From assembly GCF_016835505.1 (NCBI RefSeq), contig NC_053155.1, positions 74,724,088-74,788,087 of the forward strand: 64,000 nt of DNA, read 5' to 3'. This document shows, piece by piece, positions 46,082 through 60,180 of the stretch. The notes beneath the pieces are model-generated. The model saw only the letters and a program-made list of their open reading frames with translations, ran no database searches and was not told the origin of the DNA. Position 1 is the stretch's first letter. The number at the start of each line of letters is the position of its first letter. The stretch is from Polypterus senegalus (taxonomy: Eukaryota). Made by a program: the position numbers and the translations under genes.

Positions 46082-49000
46082 TTTTTTTTTTTTTTTTAAT
46101 TTTATTAATTTTATTGTACTCATTCCATACAAATAAATCAATTTTTACAAAAAAAAAATAGGATGAAAACAACTTAACCCCCACCCATGAGAGAGAGAGC
46201 ATGGCCAACGGAGTAAAACTTAAAGCTTGTAAACATACCTAAATTGATTAGTTTAAAAGGGCATGAATGGAGAAGAAAAAGAAATGTGGAAAGAATTGCT
46301 TCCTCTGTGCTTTAAGAGCTTATTCTAAATTATTATTGATTAGATCCTGCAAATTCTGCACTGATCCTCTAACTGAGAATTAGATTTTTTCCAATTTCAA
46401 ACAGTGTAACACATCAGTTTTCCACTGACTTAAAAGAGGAGAGTTAGGATTCTTCCAGTTTAGCAAGACAAGTCTGCGTGCCAAAGTGTAGTGAATGCAA
46501 TCACAGTTTGTTTGTCCTTCTCCACTTTAAGCCCATCTGGAAGAACCCCAAACACAGCTGTTAATGGGTTAGGAGGGATTGTGACACCAAGGCTGTCTGA
46601 AAGGTAATTAAAAATTTTGGTCCAAAATTATGTTAATTTGCTGCAGGCCCAAAACATGTGACCCAGTGAGGCTGGAACTTGATTGCACCGTTCGCAAGTT
46701 GGCTCTTGCCCTGGGAACATTTTGGACAGTTTTAAGTGAGACAGATGTGCTCAATATATAATTTTAAGTTGAATAATTGTATGCTTTGTGCATATGGAGC
46801 TCAAGTGAATTCTCTGCATTGCTACCTTCCACTCCTTTTCTGATATATTGATTAAGAGACCTTTTCCCCATTGTCCTCTTGAATCTTTGAAAGGCAGGGA
46901 CTGTAAAATAATTTTATATATTGCAGAGATGGTGTCTAAGTCCTCGAAATTGAGCAATATTTTTTCCAGCATGGAGGAGGGTGCAAGATGAGGAAAATCA
47001 GGCAGGTTTTGTTTAACAAAGTTCCTAATTTGAAGATAGTGAAAGAAATGTGTAGCTGGAAAGTTAAATTTGGTAATTGTTCATAGGATGCAAAGATGTT
47101 GTCTATATAAAGATCTCTAAGCAATTAATCCCAAATTTTTCCAGATATAAAAAACTGCATATGTTTGCGAGGGTTGAAAGAGGTGGTTCTCTTGCAGAGG
47201 TGCCACAGATAAAAGATTCTCCATCTTAAAATGCTTTCTACATTGGTTCCATATTCTGAGTGAGTGAAGCACAAATGGATTACAGTATTAGTAAAATGGC
47301 GATAACTTAAATTTGTTGGGGCACACAGCAGGGAATATAAAGAAGTACTGCAGGATTTTACTTCTATTGCGGACCAAGCCTATGTATGTTCATCTATTTG
47401 TGTCCAGGTTTTTATAGCTTGTATGTTTGCTGCCCAGTAATAAAATTCAAAGTTAGGTAGAGCCATGCCACCTTCTGCCTTAGGTCTTTGTAGGGTCGCT
47501 CTTTGGATACGTGGATGTTTTGAGTTCCAAATAAATGAGGTTATTGTTGAATCTAATTGCTTAAAAATGATTTATTGATGTATATTGGAATGTTTTGAAA
47601 TAAAAAAGGAGCTTAGGAAGAATATTCATCTTAACAGTGTTAATTCTTCCAGCTAGAGTGAGATGAAGGGTTGACCATCTATGCAAGTCTTGCTTAATTT
47701 TTTCCATGCAGATGGCAAAATTTTGTTGATAAAGAGCTTTGTGTTTACTTGCGATACTTACCCATAGGTATTTAAACTGATCTGCAATGATAAAAGGTAG
47801 GGTGTCTAATCTAATATTATATGCTTGAGAATTCACTGGAAAGAGTACACTTTTATTCAGATTAATTCTGAGACCAGAGATCTTTTGAAATTCTGTGAGT
47901 GCTGTTAAGACTGCAGGCACAGAATTTTGTGGGTCTGATATATACAGTACCATATCATCTGCATATAGAGAAATTTTCTGTTCCAGTCCCTCTCTGATAA
48001 TCCCCTTTATCTGATAAGCATTTCGACAGTGAATTGCCAGGGTTTCAATGGCGATTGCAAATAGCAGTGGTGACAAGGGACATCCTTGTCTGGTACCACG
48101 TTCTAGTTTAAAGTAGTCTGAACAAATGTTAATAATAAACTGAAGCTTCTGGATTGGTATACAGTAGTTTGATCCATGCACAAATGTTCGGGCCAAACCC
48201 AAATTTCTCTAATGTAGTAAAAAGGTATTTCCATTCAATCATGTCAAATGCTTTTTCTGCATCCAATGATAATATTTCTGGGGTGTTTGATTTAGTTGGT
48301 GAGTATATTACATTAAACAGGCGTCAAAGATTTGAAGATAAGTGTTGACCCTTGATAAATCCAGTTTAATCTTGTGATATTATCGAAGGCAGCACTTTCT
48401 CCATCCTTCTAGCTATGATTTTTTAGAGTATTTTAACATCATTATTCAAAAGTGAAATTGGTCTGTATGATGCACATTGTAATAAGTCCTTATTTTGTTT
48501 AGGAAAGACGGTGATTAATGCTTGGCGAAAAGTTTGAGGAAATTTGATTGTCTCTGGCTTCTGTAAATGTTGCTAATAGGAGGGGAGCTAGCTGAGTGGA
48601 GAATTTCTTATAAAATTCTGCAGGGTAGCCATCAGGGCCTGCTGCTTTCCGCCTTGAAGTGACTTTATAGCATCTAGTAATTCTGATAGCCAGAGGTTTA
48701 TCAGTTCCTCCGCACTAAAAGTATCTATTTGTGGTATCTGTAATGTATCCAGAAATGCATTAGATTGTGTGTTGTCTTCTTTAAACTCAGTAGAATATAA
48801 GGATTTATAGTAGTCTCTAAATGTATACATTATTTTTATGGTCAATGATTTTATCTCCGTTCATGTTGGTGATTACTAGGATTGCATCTTGCTTATGGAT
48901 TTGTTGAGCTAAAAGCTTATTAGCTTTCTCTCCGTGTTCATAGTAATGATGTCTGATTTATAAATTAGTTGTTCAGTTTCTTTAGTTGTCAGAAGGTTGA

Positions 49001-51900
49001 GTTCTGAATGTAGAGCCTGCCTTTTCCTATGTAGAGCCTCGCTTGGATGCCTGGCATCTATTTTAGTAATTTCCTTTTAGCTCTGATACTTTCTTGGTTT
49101 CTAACTTATTTCTTGTGGAAAGATATGAAATAATCTGTCCTCTTAAGAAGGCCTTGAGAGTTTCCCCAGAGTATTCCTGCAGACACCTCTGAGGATGTAT
49201 TTGTCTCTAGGAAGAAACTGATTTGTTTGGATATAAATTCTGTACAGTTCTCGTCTGCTAATAGAAGCGGGTTAAGACGCCATCTGCAAGGTGAGAGTGT
49301 TGGGCATAATGATTTAGCTCCAAGATCAGAGGTGCATGGTCGGAGATAACAATAGTCGTATTTGCAAGATTTAATCGTAGGCAAGAAATTATTATCTATA
49401 AAGAAATAATCAGTTCTTGAGTAGCAATGATGTACTGGTGAGTAGAACGAATATGTTCTTGAGTTTGGGTTTAGAAACCTCCAGGGGTCTGATAAGTTGT
49501 GGTCAGTTACAAACTGTATAATTGTCTGTTAGATGTCATCCCCCCTGTGACAGGAGTCCTATCTAAGAGTGGGTTTAAAACACAATTAAAGTCCCCAGCC
49601 ATTATAATTTTATGAGTGTTCACATTGGGAATGGATGCAAATACATTTTGTATGAATTCCTTATCATATATTAGGTACATAAACATTTATCAAAATCATT
49701 TTACAGTTAAATAAGTTGCCCATGACAATCACATATCTTCCTTCAGGATCAGATACTACATCTGATGCTACAAATGAGACTGTTCTATGTATGAAAATTC
49801 CCACATCTCTAGTTTTCTTTGTAAAGCTAGAATGGAACATTTGGCCAGTCCAGTCTTTTTGCAGCTGGAACTGATTCTTGCTTAGTAAGTGGGTCTCCTG
49901 TAAAAATACTATTTTAGCATTTAGACCGGTTAGGTGAGAGAGTACTTTCTTTCTCTTTAATTTGTGATTCAGGCCTCTAACATTCCAGCTCACAAAGTTA
50001 ACTGTCCCATCATGGAGACATTGATTCTGAATTTTTGATGTCACTTTATTGTCTTAACTGGAAGTGCGACAGCTTTAACCTTAATTTCCAGTTTCCCCAC
50101 GAGCTATTGCCATACAGCCTATTGTTACGTTGATAGCTGTAATTATAAGGGTTAAAAAGATAGATAAGATATAGCCTGCTCTCTTTCTTTCCCCGCCCAT
50201 TTTGCCTCCCCACGTGAGGCTGGGCCTCACTTCACACAGTCCCGGTCCTCTGACATACCCAGAGACAGAGCACATCCAAAGCAAAACAAGCCCCCACGCA
50301 GCGGCGTTTTAGGATTAAAAAGCAGAGATAGCTATTGCCAATATAGTCTAAATACTATATGCCTAAATATGATCATTAACAAACTATAAGCATAAAATAT
50401 AATCTTCAGCAATCTTAAAGTATTAAGATAATAAAAACCCAGGGAATGGTGTTAAAAAGTGGTCCAGAATAAGCATAGTAAATCTGAATGCAATAATAAC
50501 AGTAACGATAAACCAAGGGTATGATGTTAAACAGTCTCCTTTAGGGCAGTAAAAAAAAAAAAAAACTATTAATTTCTTCCACACACGTCTATAACTGTAA
50601 GCAAAACATAAACAGAAAGCGTCCGAGTAATGAAAAGAATGTATAATTATAATATCCGTATCAATACAAGTGGATCAGACAACAGGTGATATCTACAGTA
50701 ATTGCCATGCCATGACAGGATGTGACTCACTATTGTGTTTCAAAAAAGTGTCGGGATCAGCTTCCTTAATTCCTTTTCTGCTTCTTTCTTGCTGGCGAAG
50801 ACATAGAATTGACCGTGCAATTCCACTTTCAGTTTGGCAGGATACAAGAGGCTGTAATTGATATCAGCTTGATGTAACCGCTGTTTAATGTTGTAGAAGG
50901 CTGCACGTGTAGCAGCTGTTGCCGGAGGGAAATCAGGGAAAATACAAATGTGGTTATTTTCAAATATAATCTCTTGCTTGTGTCTGAGACATGCCATCAC
51001 ATCTAGCTTAAATAATAATTTCTCAAAGCGGACAATAAAAGACCTAGGTCTAAAGGTATTAGATCCGCGTATGTGATAAGCTGCTGCTATCTCAGTATCT
51101 GATTTAAATTCTTCTCCAGTTATTTTATAGAAAAGTTCAACTGCAAATTTTACTGGGTTTGGACTTTCACGATTCTCAGGTAGACCTTCGATTCTAATAT
51201 TATTCCTTCTGCATCCATCTTCCAGAGCAGGATGTCTGTCTCAGAGTTTCTTGCATTCAGAATTCGCTGCTGTAGCTTTTCCATCGGCGTTAGATACTAG
51301 TTGTTCTGCTGTTTCAATTCTCATCCAACTGGTCAGCAAGTTTCTTCAGTTTAGACGTATTTTCTTGAATGTGTTCCTCAATTTTCCCCAGCATACCTTT
51401 AAAGGTTGCGGCAAAACGATTGTATAGACGTATTTCCAGTTCTTGAATGTCTTTCTTAAGCTCACTTATGGCTGTGGCCGATGTTGTGATCATTTCCTTC
51501 AGTTCGGAGAAATCATTTCGGTTTTCGTGCTCCGCAGGTGGAGTGGCAACCCCGGTTATAGCCGATGTTTCAGGCTCACAAGGAATGAATGCAAGCACGG
51601 ATGGCAAGGCCATTTCTGGCTTCATGTGATCTACTGGAATCTGCGAGCTCTCGTGACCTGCATCACTTGCACCTTTGCTCCCATTTTGACTCCCATTTTC
51701 GCTCTCGACTGGAGAATTTGCAGTGGAGCGGGGTCCTGGGAAGTGTGTGCATTCGCCTGCCTGTTCCAGGTCAGTCTCTAAAAGGCCGTACCTCGCACTT
51801 GGGCTTGGACTTGATGTATGTCTAGTCTTGGATGTAGCTTTAAGTTTCTTTTCCAGTTCTTTCTGACCCCCTTTCTTATTCTCATATTTATATATTGTAG
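46082..51900 (-). mobile_element. L1-clade LINE, near full-length, on the minus strand (ORF1 + ORF2 with multiple frameshifts; poly-A tail seen as T16 at 46082-46097)
   Basis: Minus-strand ORFs give an L1 ORF1p coiled-coil (51314-51625: ...ISELKKDIQELEIRLYNRF...) and an RRM/CTD (50740-51000: FPDFPPATAATRAAFYNIKQRLHQADINYSLLYPAKLKVELHGQFYVFASKKEAEKEL). The APE-type endonuclease is at 49664-50044 (VSWNVRGLNHKLKRKKVLSHL...IVFLQETHL). L1 RT is at 47561-48202 (RGTRQGCPLSPLLFAIAIETLA...LYADDMVLYISDP...LTEFQKISGLRINLNKS). The Cys-rich C-terminal region is around 46750-46970. The 5' limit is approximate. Confidence 0.7.
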
Positions 51901-52374
51901 TGGAAACCCTTCATGTCGGGTAAATACAGGATACCTCAAAATAATAAGAAATAATTAAAAAAAATAAAGCCGCTGCTAACGGAGCTCCGCTTCAGACGTC
52001 CATCTCCCGTAATGGACGAGACCTTTATAGGGCAGAGGGCAGCACCTTGACAGTCGAGGGATGTGGGGGACCACCCACAAAACACATGGGCTTGTTGTAA
52101 AAGATTTAAAATGTCTCAAATTTTTAAATATTAACATAAATGGAAGAATCAAAAATAAATAAAACAGACATAAAAGAGGAATTGGAACCTCAGATATGGG
52201 GGGAGTTTGACTGAAACATACGTAACAGGTCTGGGTGCCAGTTCACTTCAGAGCCCCATCATGCACACTCCTGCTCACATGAAAGCTAGTTTGAAATCAC
52301 CAGCTGACCATTCGTGCCCCTGTTTGACAACGTGGTAAACCTCGCCAGTGGAAAATCCACACAAACCCAGGCAC

Positions 52375-52475
52375 AGCGTTCAGCCCCACACACTGAATGA
52401 CCAGGCATTGGATTCAGACCCAGAAAACTGGATCAGGGAGGTGGCAGTGCTAACAACTGTGCCACCATTCTCCAC
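52375..52475 (+). mobile_element. short fragment of the SINE-like family (distal part)
   Basis: ...ggattcagacccagaaaactggatcagggaggtggcagtgctaacaactgtgccaccattc resembles the family end ..gaacccaggaccttcttgctgtgaggcgacagtgctaaccactgtgccaccgtgcc. Confidence 0.35.
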
Positions 52476-53497
52476 CAGTAACCATTTAATAAGTCTGTAA
52501 GTGTTCTTTTTAGTTTGATTGTCTAGGGTGAATTCAAACATTTCCTTATTCTGTTCCTTAAACTGGAACAAGGAGTACATCTGGTAAGCCAGTTTGTGAT
52601 TTCTAGTAATGCACGCTCGTTTATAGAGAGTGCCAGTGTGTTGCATGTTGGTTGGGTTTTCAACTGTACTCTAAAGTGTCAATATGAATGCTGTTAACGA
52701 GAGTCCGACCATTGATCTGTCATGGACTTTGATGTGTAAGAAAACTCCAAGACAGCGTGCTACTAAAAACAGCACAATACCTTATGGTGCTGACAATTTA
52801 CAAAACTTCTTAAGACTAGCCTTCAAAAGACACATCATCTTTACAAAGGTTTACTGCAAGACAGCAAATACATTTTTAAAACAGGATGTACAGAAGAATA
52901 CACCATAAAGAAGTGAAACAAAGTGTAATCTTTACATGACCGGGAAGAAAACAACATAAGACAAAACACATTGGTAACCTGCCAGGTTTCTTAGCTTTGT
53001 CTTTTGGCATAAAGTGATAAATTAAAGCTAGAAAGGACCAGAGTTTTGTGGAATTTGTTTTCTTTGTCAATTAATATTTGCTGCATATTCATTTTCAGTT
53101 CTTGGCATCTTGTGGAACAGGTGGATGGCTCTTGTTATTCTTTTCATGAATAATGATGAGAAGCATCTTAGAAATGCTGCAGTCTTGCTGATAGCAAAGT
53201 GAACATCCTCCTCAATTCTTGGCAAGGACAAGTCAGCAGGCCAGAACTAGGGTGGGATTGTGTTGTGAGCTCCTTAAATGTATGTTTTTTGTTAAGTCGA
53301 TAAGATTCATTTTAAAGTGTGCTCAGCTCATATGGTCTGCCCTCAGGTGTAAATCAGCAGAGTCCTATTTAGTTCTTTATCTTATTCAGCAAGTTAAGGA
53401 TTCCTTTTCAACCAGAATTGTCATATAAGGAGCCAGGAAGCAGTTATTCTCCAGTTGTGTGCCAGCTGACTGACTAGTCAAAGATGGTTTTATGGAC

Positions 53498-53977
53498 TGT
53501 GTGGCAGACAACCAGGGTCCATGCCCGGCCGAGGAGGCCCCTTCAGTATTTGTTCAGGGGGAGCAGCCATGGACTTTGCAATACCTCCCCCGAACACTAG
53601 ATGGCAACTCCCCTGGGTTGGAGCGGTGCCTCGGTTTCCCGCAGGGCTTCATGGGAATTGGAATTGGGTGCAGCCCTGTTGGGTCCCGTAGGCACCGCCA
53701 GGGGGTGCTGCAGCTGGGACTCCTGAGGCCTTATGGGCAGCGTATTCACACACCCGGGTGGACTATAAAAGGGCCCAGCAACCACCACTCAATGGCCGGA
53801 GTCGGGAGGAGGAGTGGTGGTTAAAGGAGAAGACTGTAGTGTTTTGTGTTGTGCTTGTGGGACGAGCGGAAAACGTCCCCCCACAGGTGAAGAAATATAA
53901 ATGTTTATTTGTTTTTATACGTGCCTCCGGTGAGAGTCTGTGTCGGTCAGGCGCCAATATAGCGCCTTTGTTACAAC
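53498..53977 (+). mobile_element. family X LTR-like element, copy 4 (variant lacking the tandem ETS-motif units)
   Basis: TGTGTGGCAGACAACCAGGGTCCATGCCCGGCCGAGGAGG...CCCGTAGGCACCGCCAGGGGGTGC...CACCCGGGTGGACTATAAAAGGGCCCAGC...GGAGTCGGGAGGAGGAGTGG...GTTACAAC is collinear with copy 1 (TGTCAGGGATGCCAGGGGCAACGACCCGGCCGGGACGCC...CCCGTGGTCACCGTTAGGGGGTGCC...CATCCGGGTGGAGATAAAAGGGGCC...GGAGTCAGGTGGAAGACGG...GTTCACAACA). Confidence 0.5.
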
Positions 53978-55329
53978 TGATAGAGCTGTTTAAATATAAT
54001 GCATACCCCAATCCACAGAAATCTTATGAATGTACACTGGGCTACCAGCTTCAGTCAAACAGTGTGGCCCAGTGGCTAAGGAACCGGACTATAAATCACG
54101 TGGGGATTCAACCAGCACCCTTATGGCTTTAAGATCTACTCTGCTGCATTGAGTCAGATTAACATTTTATAGGCCACAAACACAGCCCTGCAGTTCTCAT
54201 CCCAGCACAAGACAGAAGCTCCTGGGAAAGCATACTAAAAAAGCCATGGAAGACAAGATGTCAAATGGATTTGCTGGAAATTTCCAGTGCTAAATGTTCA
54301 GTTTCATAAAAAAAAGATGATTCCCTTGTTCACAAAATGCCCGTTTTGTCCAAGAAAAAGACTCATTTTTGCAGACTTGCTTCTGTTGTTAGGCAGAAAG
54401 AGGCTCAGGCCAAACAAAAGTCAAGCCACTGATGTACAATGGAGAGGACATCACTGAGTTCTGCCAAGTCCTGTCTGCCTGAAGAAGCATCACATTGGTG
54501 TAAAGTGCCTGTTTTCTGTTCTCCCGTATTCCAAATTTATTTCTGCTCTCCTCAGTTTTATACTTTCCCCCTACATTGTCTTGGAAATCTGAAGTAAAGG
54601 CTTAAAGTGCAGCTTTAAAAATGTGTCGTTTGTCATTTTATAACCATCACAGAGCTTGTATCACCCATATGCACGTTATATATATTCCTCCCTCGTTTTT
54701 CCAGTTTTATTTAACTTTTAAGCAGTTTCAGCGAATAACCTGAAATGGTACAAAGGTAAGTGGTAAACTGCCAGAGTGTTGAAAAAATGTAAGCTGCCGA
54801 AAAATGAAAAATAATGTACACATGATTTCAAAATGACTATATACAAAAAGTTTGTATTCATACAATTCATACAGGTCTTCTGCAGCAGTTGAGGTTCATT
54901 AAGCCTTAAATGTTGATGCAAACAATTCCTACGGGTGTCCCATTTTTTGTTGATTACTTACAAATCCTCAGTCTGTATAAAGGCAATGTTGGATCAAACT
55001 GCACTGCTAAGCCCTCTGAATTGTTATGTGGACATCATAATGGTGAGAACAAGGAAATTAACAAAGAAGTCAGAACATAAAATGTCTAGCCATTCAACAG
55101 CACCCTACTTCACGAAAAGCAGTAATCAAAAATGTTTGAAGATGTTTTCTTATGATTTAATTTTGTTAAAAAGATTACTTAATCTGGCATTCGATGTCAC
55201 TGTTTTCACATTTTTGGAGCATGTCAATGATTTGCCTGTTCACACAATGGGTTCATGTCTTGCTGTCATACTCTGCATTCCCCTGTAATCCTGAACTAGA
55301 ATGAGCAGGCTGGGTAATAGATGGAGGAA

Positions 55330-58206
55330 TGCACGTTCTGTTCTAAATGCTGGTGCTCCTGCTTGAACTTGGCACATGACCAGTAATCTCCTCGTTGATC
55401 GTAAGTTTGATTTCCTCTGTTTAGTTGAGACTTGGCAAAAACCTAATGACTTTTCTGAACTCAATGAATCCACTCCGCCGGGATTTGTTTACATCTGTCA
55501 ACCTCGTGGCACTGGCCGCGGAGGAGGTCTCGCGATGTTATACCGCGAGAAGTGGAACGTTTTGCCGATGTCTGTCCCTGCTTTCAACTCGTTTGAATGT
55601 ACTGTATGCAAGTTACCTGGATTTTCGCCTACCGTCATCGCTGCTGTTTATCGTCCACCTAAACCGAATAGTGACTTTTTAAATGACTTTGCTGCTTTCC
55701 TTGCTCAGCTTGTCATTGTCTCCCCTAATATTATTTTGCTGGGTGACTTCAATATTCATATGGACAATGTAAATAACCCTCTTACTAGAGACTTTATGTC
55801 CTGCCTGGAGAACTTTGGGCTCCAACAGTTCACCAAGGTCCCCACTCATTCAAAAGGACACATTTTGGACTTAATTTGTTGCTCTGGTGTCTCTTCTCTC
55901 GATCATACAACTGATGAACTGCCTTTCTCTGACCACTCTCTCCTCTCTTTTAATCTTCAACTCTCTATATCTATCCCGGCTACCCCAAGACAATAACTTT
56001 TCGCAATATCAAGAACATTAATTTGGACTCTGTTCGATCCAGTATTGAATCACATATTGCCACTTCTAACTTAACTACCGCTGATGAGTTGATTTTGCAT
56101 TATAACACCAGCCTTCATCATATTCTGGATTCTCTTGCCCCTTTTAAAACAAAGTCTGTTTCATTTTCCCTCTCTGCCCCTGGTTTACGCGAACTTCGTC
56201 TCATGAAAGCGAAAGGCCGGCAATTAGAGCGACTTTATAAAAAACTGGGCTCGGGTTCACAAAGATATGTATTTCCACCATCTTTCACATTATAAGGATT
56301 GTATTAATCAAACTAAATCTGCCTACTATTCTAATATAATCAGCATGAATGAAGGCAACACTAAATCATTGTTCTCACTCCTCAAACGTGTCACCCAACC
56401 CCCTGATTTGTGGCCATCACATCTCTACTCTTATGCCTTTTGTAATTCTCTGATGTCATTTTTTATGAACAAAATCGAGAGTATCCACCACTACCTTGCT
56501 TTGCAATCCGCTCACACTACTCCTTCTGAATTCTTCCCATCTACTCACCCTTTTTCTTTCTTTCAACTTCCCCACCTTAGAAATATCAGATATAATCCTT
56601 CATTCTAAGTCATCCACCTGTCTGCTTGACCCCTTACCTACATCACTTGTCAAAGCCTGCCTTCCATCTCTGCTCCATATTATATCTGCTATTATCCATT
56701 CTTCTCTTTCAACTGGAATTGTTCCTGCTTCATTCAAAACTGCTGTAGTAACCCCAATTTAAAAAAATCGGCCGATCCATCTAATTTTAACAACCTGCGT
56801 CCGATCTCTAACCTACCTTTCTTATCCAAAATCCTAGAAAAAATGGTAGCCAAACAGCTCCACTCTCACTTATCCCTGAATAACCTGTATGAACAATTCC
56901 AGTCTGGTTTCCGACTCCATAGTACAGAAACTGCATTAATCAAAATAACTAACGATCTTCTCATGGCAGCAGACTCCGCTTACTCTCTATCCTCATACTA
57001 CTTGATTTGAGTGCGGCTTTTGACTCCATTTCTCATTCCATTCTTCTCAATAGACTATCTTCCATTGGTGTCACCCACAATGTCTATAACTGGTTCACAT
57101 CCTACCTTTCTGGCCGCTCCCAATTCATACAGCTCAAATCATTTTCATCTCACTCTGTATCCGTTACCTCAGGAGTGCCACAAGACTCTGTCATGGGCCC
57201 CCTTCTGTTCACCATCTATCTCCTTCCTCTGGGCAATATCTTCAGGAAATATAATATTCATTTTCACTGTTATGCAGATGACACCCAGCTTTATTTTTCA
57301 ACTTCACCCACAATCACCCTCCCACCTACCACCCTTACTGACTGTCTGGCCGAAATCAAAAACTGGTTTACATTTAATTTTCTTAAACTCAACAGTGATA
57401 AAACAGAGATCCTTCTTATTGGTACAAAATCCACATTATCCAAATCCCATAACTTCCCTATTATAATTGATAACTGTACTCTATCCCTCCTCTCAGGCCA
57501 AAAGTCTTGGTGTCATCTTGGATAATAACCTCTCCTTTCTTTCACACATCAATACTATTACACGATCTGCCTACTTCCACCTACGTAATATCAACCGTCT
57601 CCGCCCTCTCTCACCCCCCACTCTTGTTCATAGCCTTGTCACCTCTCGCCTTGACTATTGTAACTCTCTTCTTTTTGGTCTCCCTCAAAAAACTCTTCAC
57701 AAACTTCAATTAGTCCAGAACTCAGCCGTCCGTATTATCACAAGATCTCCTTCTACTCACCACATCACTCCTGTTCTGCATCAACTTCACTGGCTCCCTG
57801 TCAAGTTCCGCATCGAGTTTAAAATCCTTCTGCTAACCTTTAAAGCTATTCATGATTTAGCCCCCCCCATACCTGTCTAACCTTCTCCACATTGTCACCC
57901 CTTCCCGTACTCTTAGATCATCCTCCTCAATTAAATTGACTGTTCCTTCCGCTCGTCTTTCCACAATGGGGAACAGAGCTTTCAGTCGTTCTGCCCCCCG
58001 ACTTTGGAATGCACTGCCTCCTGAGATTAGAAACATTAATTCATTCTCTCTGTTTAAGTCTTCAGTTAAAACTCATCTTTTTAAACTTGCCTTCTCTATG
58101 TAAACACTGTACTGTATTGTGTGTTGGGTGTTGTGTAAAGTGTACGGTGTCCTTGAGTGTTTGAAAGGCGCCTATAAATAAAATGTATTATTATTATTAT
58201 TATTAA
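55330..58206 (+). mobile_element. L2-clade LINE (ORF2 endonuclease plus RT, frameshifted) with an L2-type 3' tail ending in (TTA)n
   Basis: The APE-like EN ORF 55376-55996 reads ..LCLVETWQKPND...GGGLAMLYREKW...LLGDFNIHMD...VPTHSKGHILDL. RT blocks are [88 protein letters not shown]...[25 protein letters not shown] and [12 protein letters not shown], which match the fish L2 consensus ([15 protein letters not shown]...G..G.AL.WF.SYL..R.Q.V......VPQGSVLGP.LF.IY.LPLG.I....[11 protein letters not shown]). The tail is ..gtgtccttgagtgtttgaaaggcgcctataaataaaatgtattattattattattaatgg. Confidence 0.7.
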
Positions 58207-59094
58207 TGGGTCCTGCCCATAATGTTCATGCAAATGTCTTTAGCGTGGTTCTCACATGTCTCATCCAGCTTCAGGAGAAATACTTCTCATTCCACTGTCA
58301 ACTAACTTGCACATAATTCTCTTTCTTAATGCAGTTTTGTTGTTTAACTCTTAGAGATAAATTATCTTTTAAAACAACAAACACTACTAGCCTTTAGTGG
58401 AAAGAATTTACAGAATGGTAGAGACAGGCCAACACATGGCTGACCACAGAACTAACATTAGGCACTTCCCACCACAGGAGCTGTGCTTTCGGGATCCAAT
58501 GAGCTCCTGTACAATGCCAGCCGTGGGCCACTTTTGTGTGTTGCATTCGCACTGCACAACAGGAACTGTAACCTTCAGGCGAAATATGTGATGTGCTGTG
58601 ATACGATGTGAAGTGCAGCATGATCAGGGAGTTCTTTCACAGGGGACCAACCCCACCTTATTGCTTTGCAGTAATGCGACTTCACAGGGGAGGTCATTGC
58701 TTTGATGCACCACAATATGTATGCAGCTGTGAAGAGTGTGATGAGAAGTGCAGCACTCCATTTTCACCAGTACAGTATAATCTCCAAAATCCTTACTACT
58801 ACCAAAGTTGTAAAATGGCACCAGTGCTTGTGGTAAACCAATCAGCACAATTTATTACCCAAACCCCATCCATAAGAGTTCCAGGCCGAACAAAAAGTAC
58901 ACACCCTGGAGTGTGAGCTAAACACAAAAAAGTGGGAATGCTGCATAAGTTCCCACGTTTCTAAAAATTCCCAGGTTCCTGAAACAAATTCCTGCACTGT
59001 GAAAGCATACGTGACATACTGTATGTCTCTTACTGTAAGCCTCTTCTCTTGATGACGGATGAAGGATGATCTGAGAGATTTACAGTTCATTGTA

Positions 59095-59278
59095 GGCAGT
59101 GGGCCCAGTGGGGGCTGGGTGGTCTCGTGGCCTCGGAACCCCTGCAGATTTTGTTGTTTTTTTTTTTTTCTCCAGCCCCCTTGCCTAATCTTATTTTTAT
59201 ATGTTTCTTTCTTCATCTTGTAAAGCACTTTGAGCTACAGCATTTGTATGAAAACGTGCTATACAAGTAAATGTTGTT
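59095..59278 (+). mobile_element. probable tRNA-derived SINE with an L2-like 3' tail
   Basis: A box-A-like tgggtggtctcgtggcc sits in the head, and the tail cttgtaaagcactttgagctacagcatttgtatgaaaacgtgctatacaagtaaatg is of the same type as the L2 3' tail at 58120-58185. Confidence 0.35.
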
Positions 59279-60180
59279 GTCATGACCTTTGATTCTTTGG
59301 TAGCAGCCAATCAAATAAGTTTTATTTAATGGGACAATTCTATCCCACTGTTGCCAAAGTGTTCACAAAAAGTTAAATAGAACACAACACTCTCAAATTC
59401 CTTTGTCTATCCTGGTAGCATTGGAACCAGCCCTGGACAGTGTGCCAGTCCATCACAGGGTCCACTAACACACACACACACCCACTCTGGGCCAATCTGA
59501 AACCACCAATTAACCTAACATCTGTGTGTTATGAACTAGAGAGTTCCTAAGCACAAAATCCTATAAAATACTAAAAATGCCTACAACAGAGAGGAAAACC
59601 GTCAAACTCTGGCTAGTCGAAAAAAGGGTGAATGTTGAATCTTTATCAATAAAAAGATTTATTTTCAGAAAAAGTGCTCTGCGGCACAAGGATGCATTGA
59701 AGAGCACAAAATACAAATAAGGAGTTGCCTAAAATAGGTAATGTCATAGTAACAATGTCCCAAAACATAAATCCAGAATACAAAATCAAAAATAAAACAA
59801 AGGTCAAAAAATCCAGCAAATACTTGGGGAAAAAAATCATAAGAAATTCTCAAGACCAGTGCATTTAATGAACCGCAAGGGACTGTGGGTTTTCCTCAGT
59901 CTTTGAGGGCAGTCCCTTGTGGTGATGAACAGGTTTGGCTAACAAGAGGAGCTCACTCAGTCCATCAAGCTTGTTTAGTTATCTAACAGGGAAAGAACTT
60001 ATCTTAATATCTCATTTAACTGCTTTTTTAAAGATTCTTCCCTTGCCATCTGCATGTTTTGGAAGTTTATTTCAAACTGTTTGTGTAAAGAAGCACTTCC
60101 TGGGTTCAATCTGTCTATGTCATACTTCAGAATTCTGAAAATTTAAATCTTACGATTCCAAAGAACTAGGTCTATATATA

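Noticed and set aside
58394-58916. Overlapping ORFs on both strands with internal ~75-bp duplications (gtgaagtgcagca...tcacagggga..)
   Set aside because: There is a local tandem duplication directly downstream of the L2 3' tail. No domain is recognised and it is probably part of the flanking repeat, with too little evidence to call it a feature.
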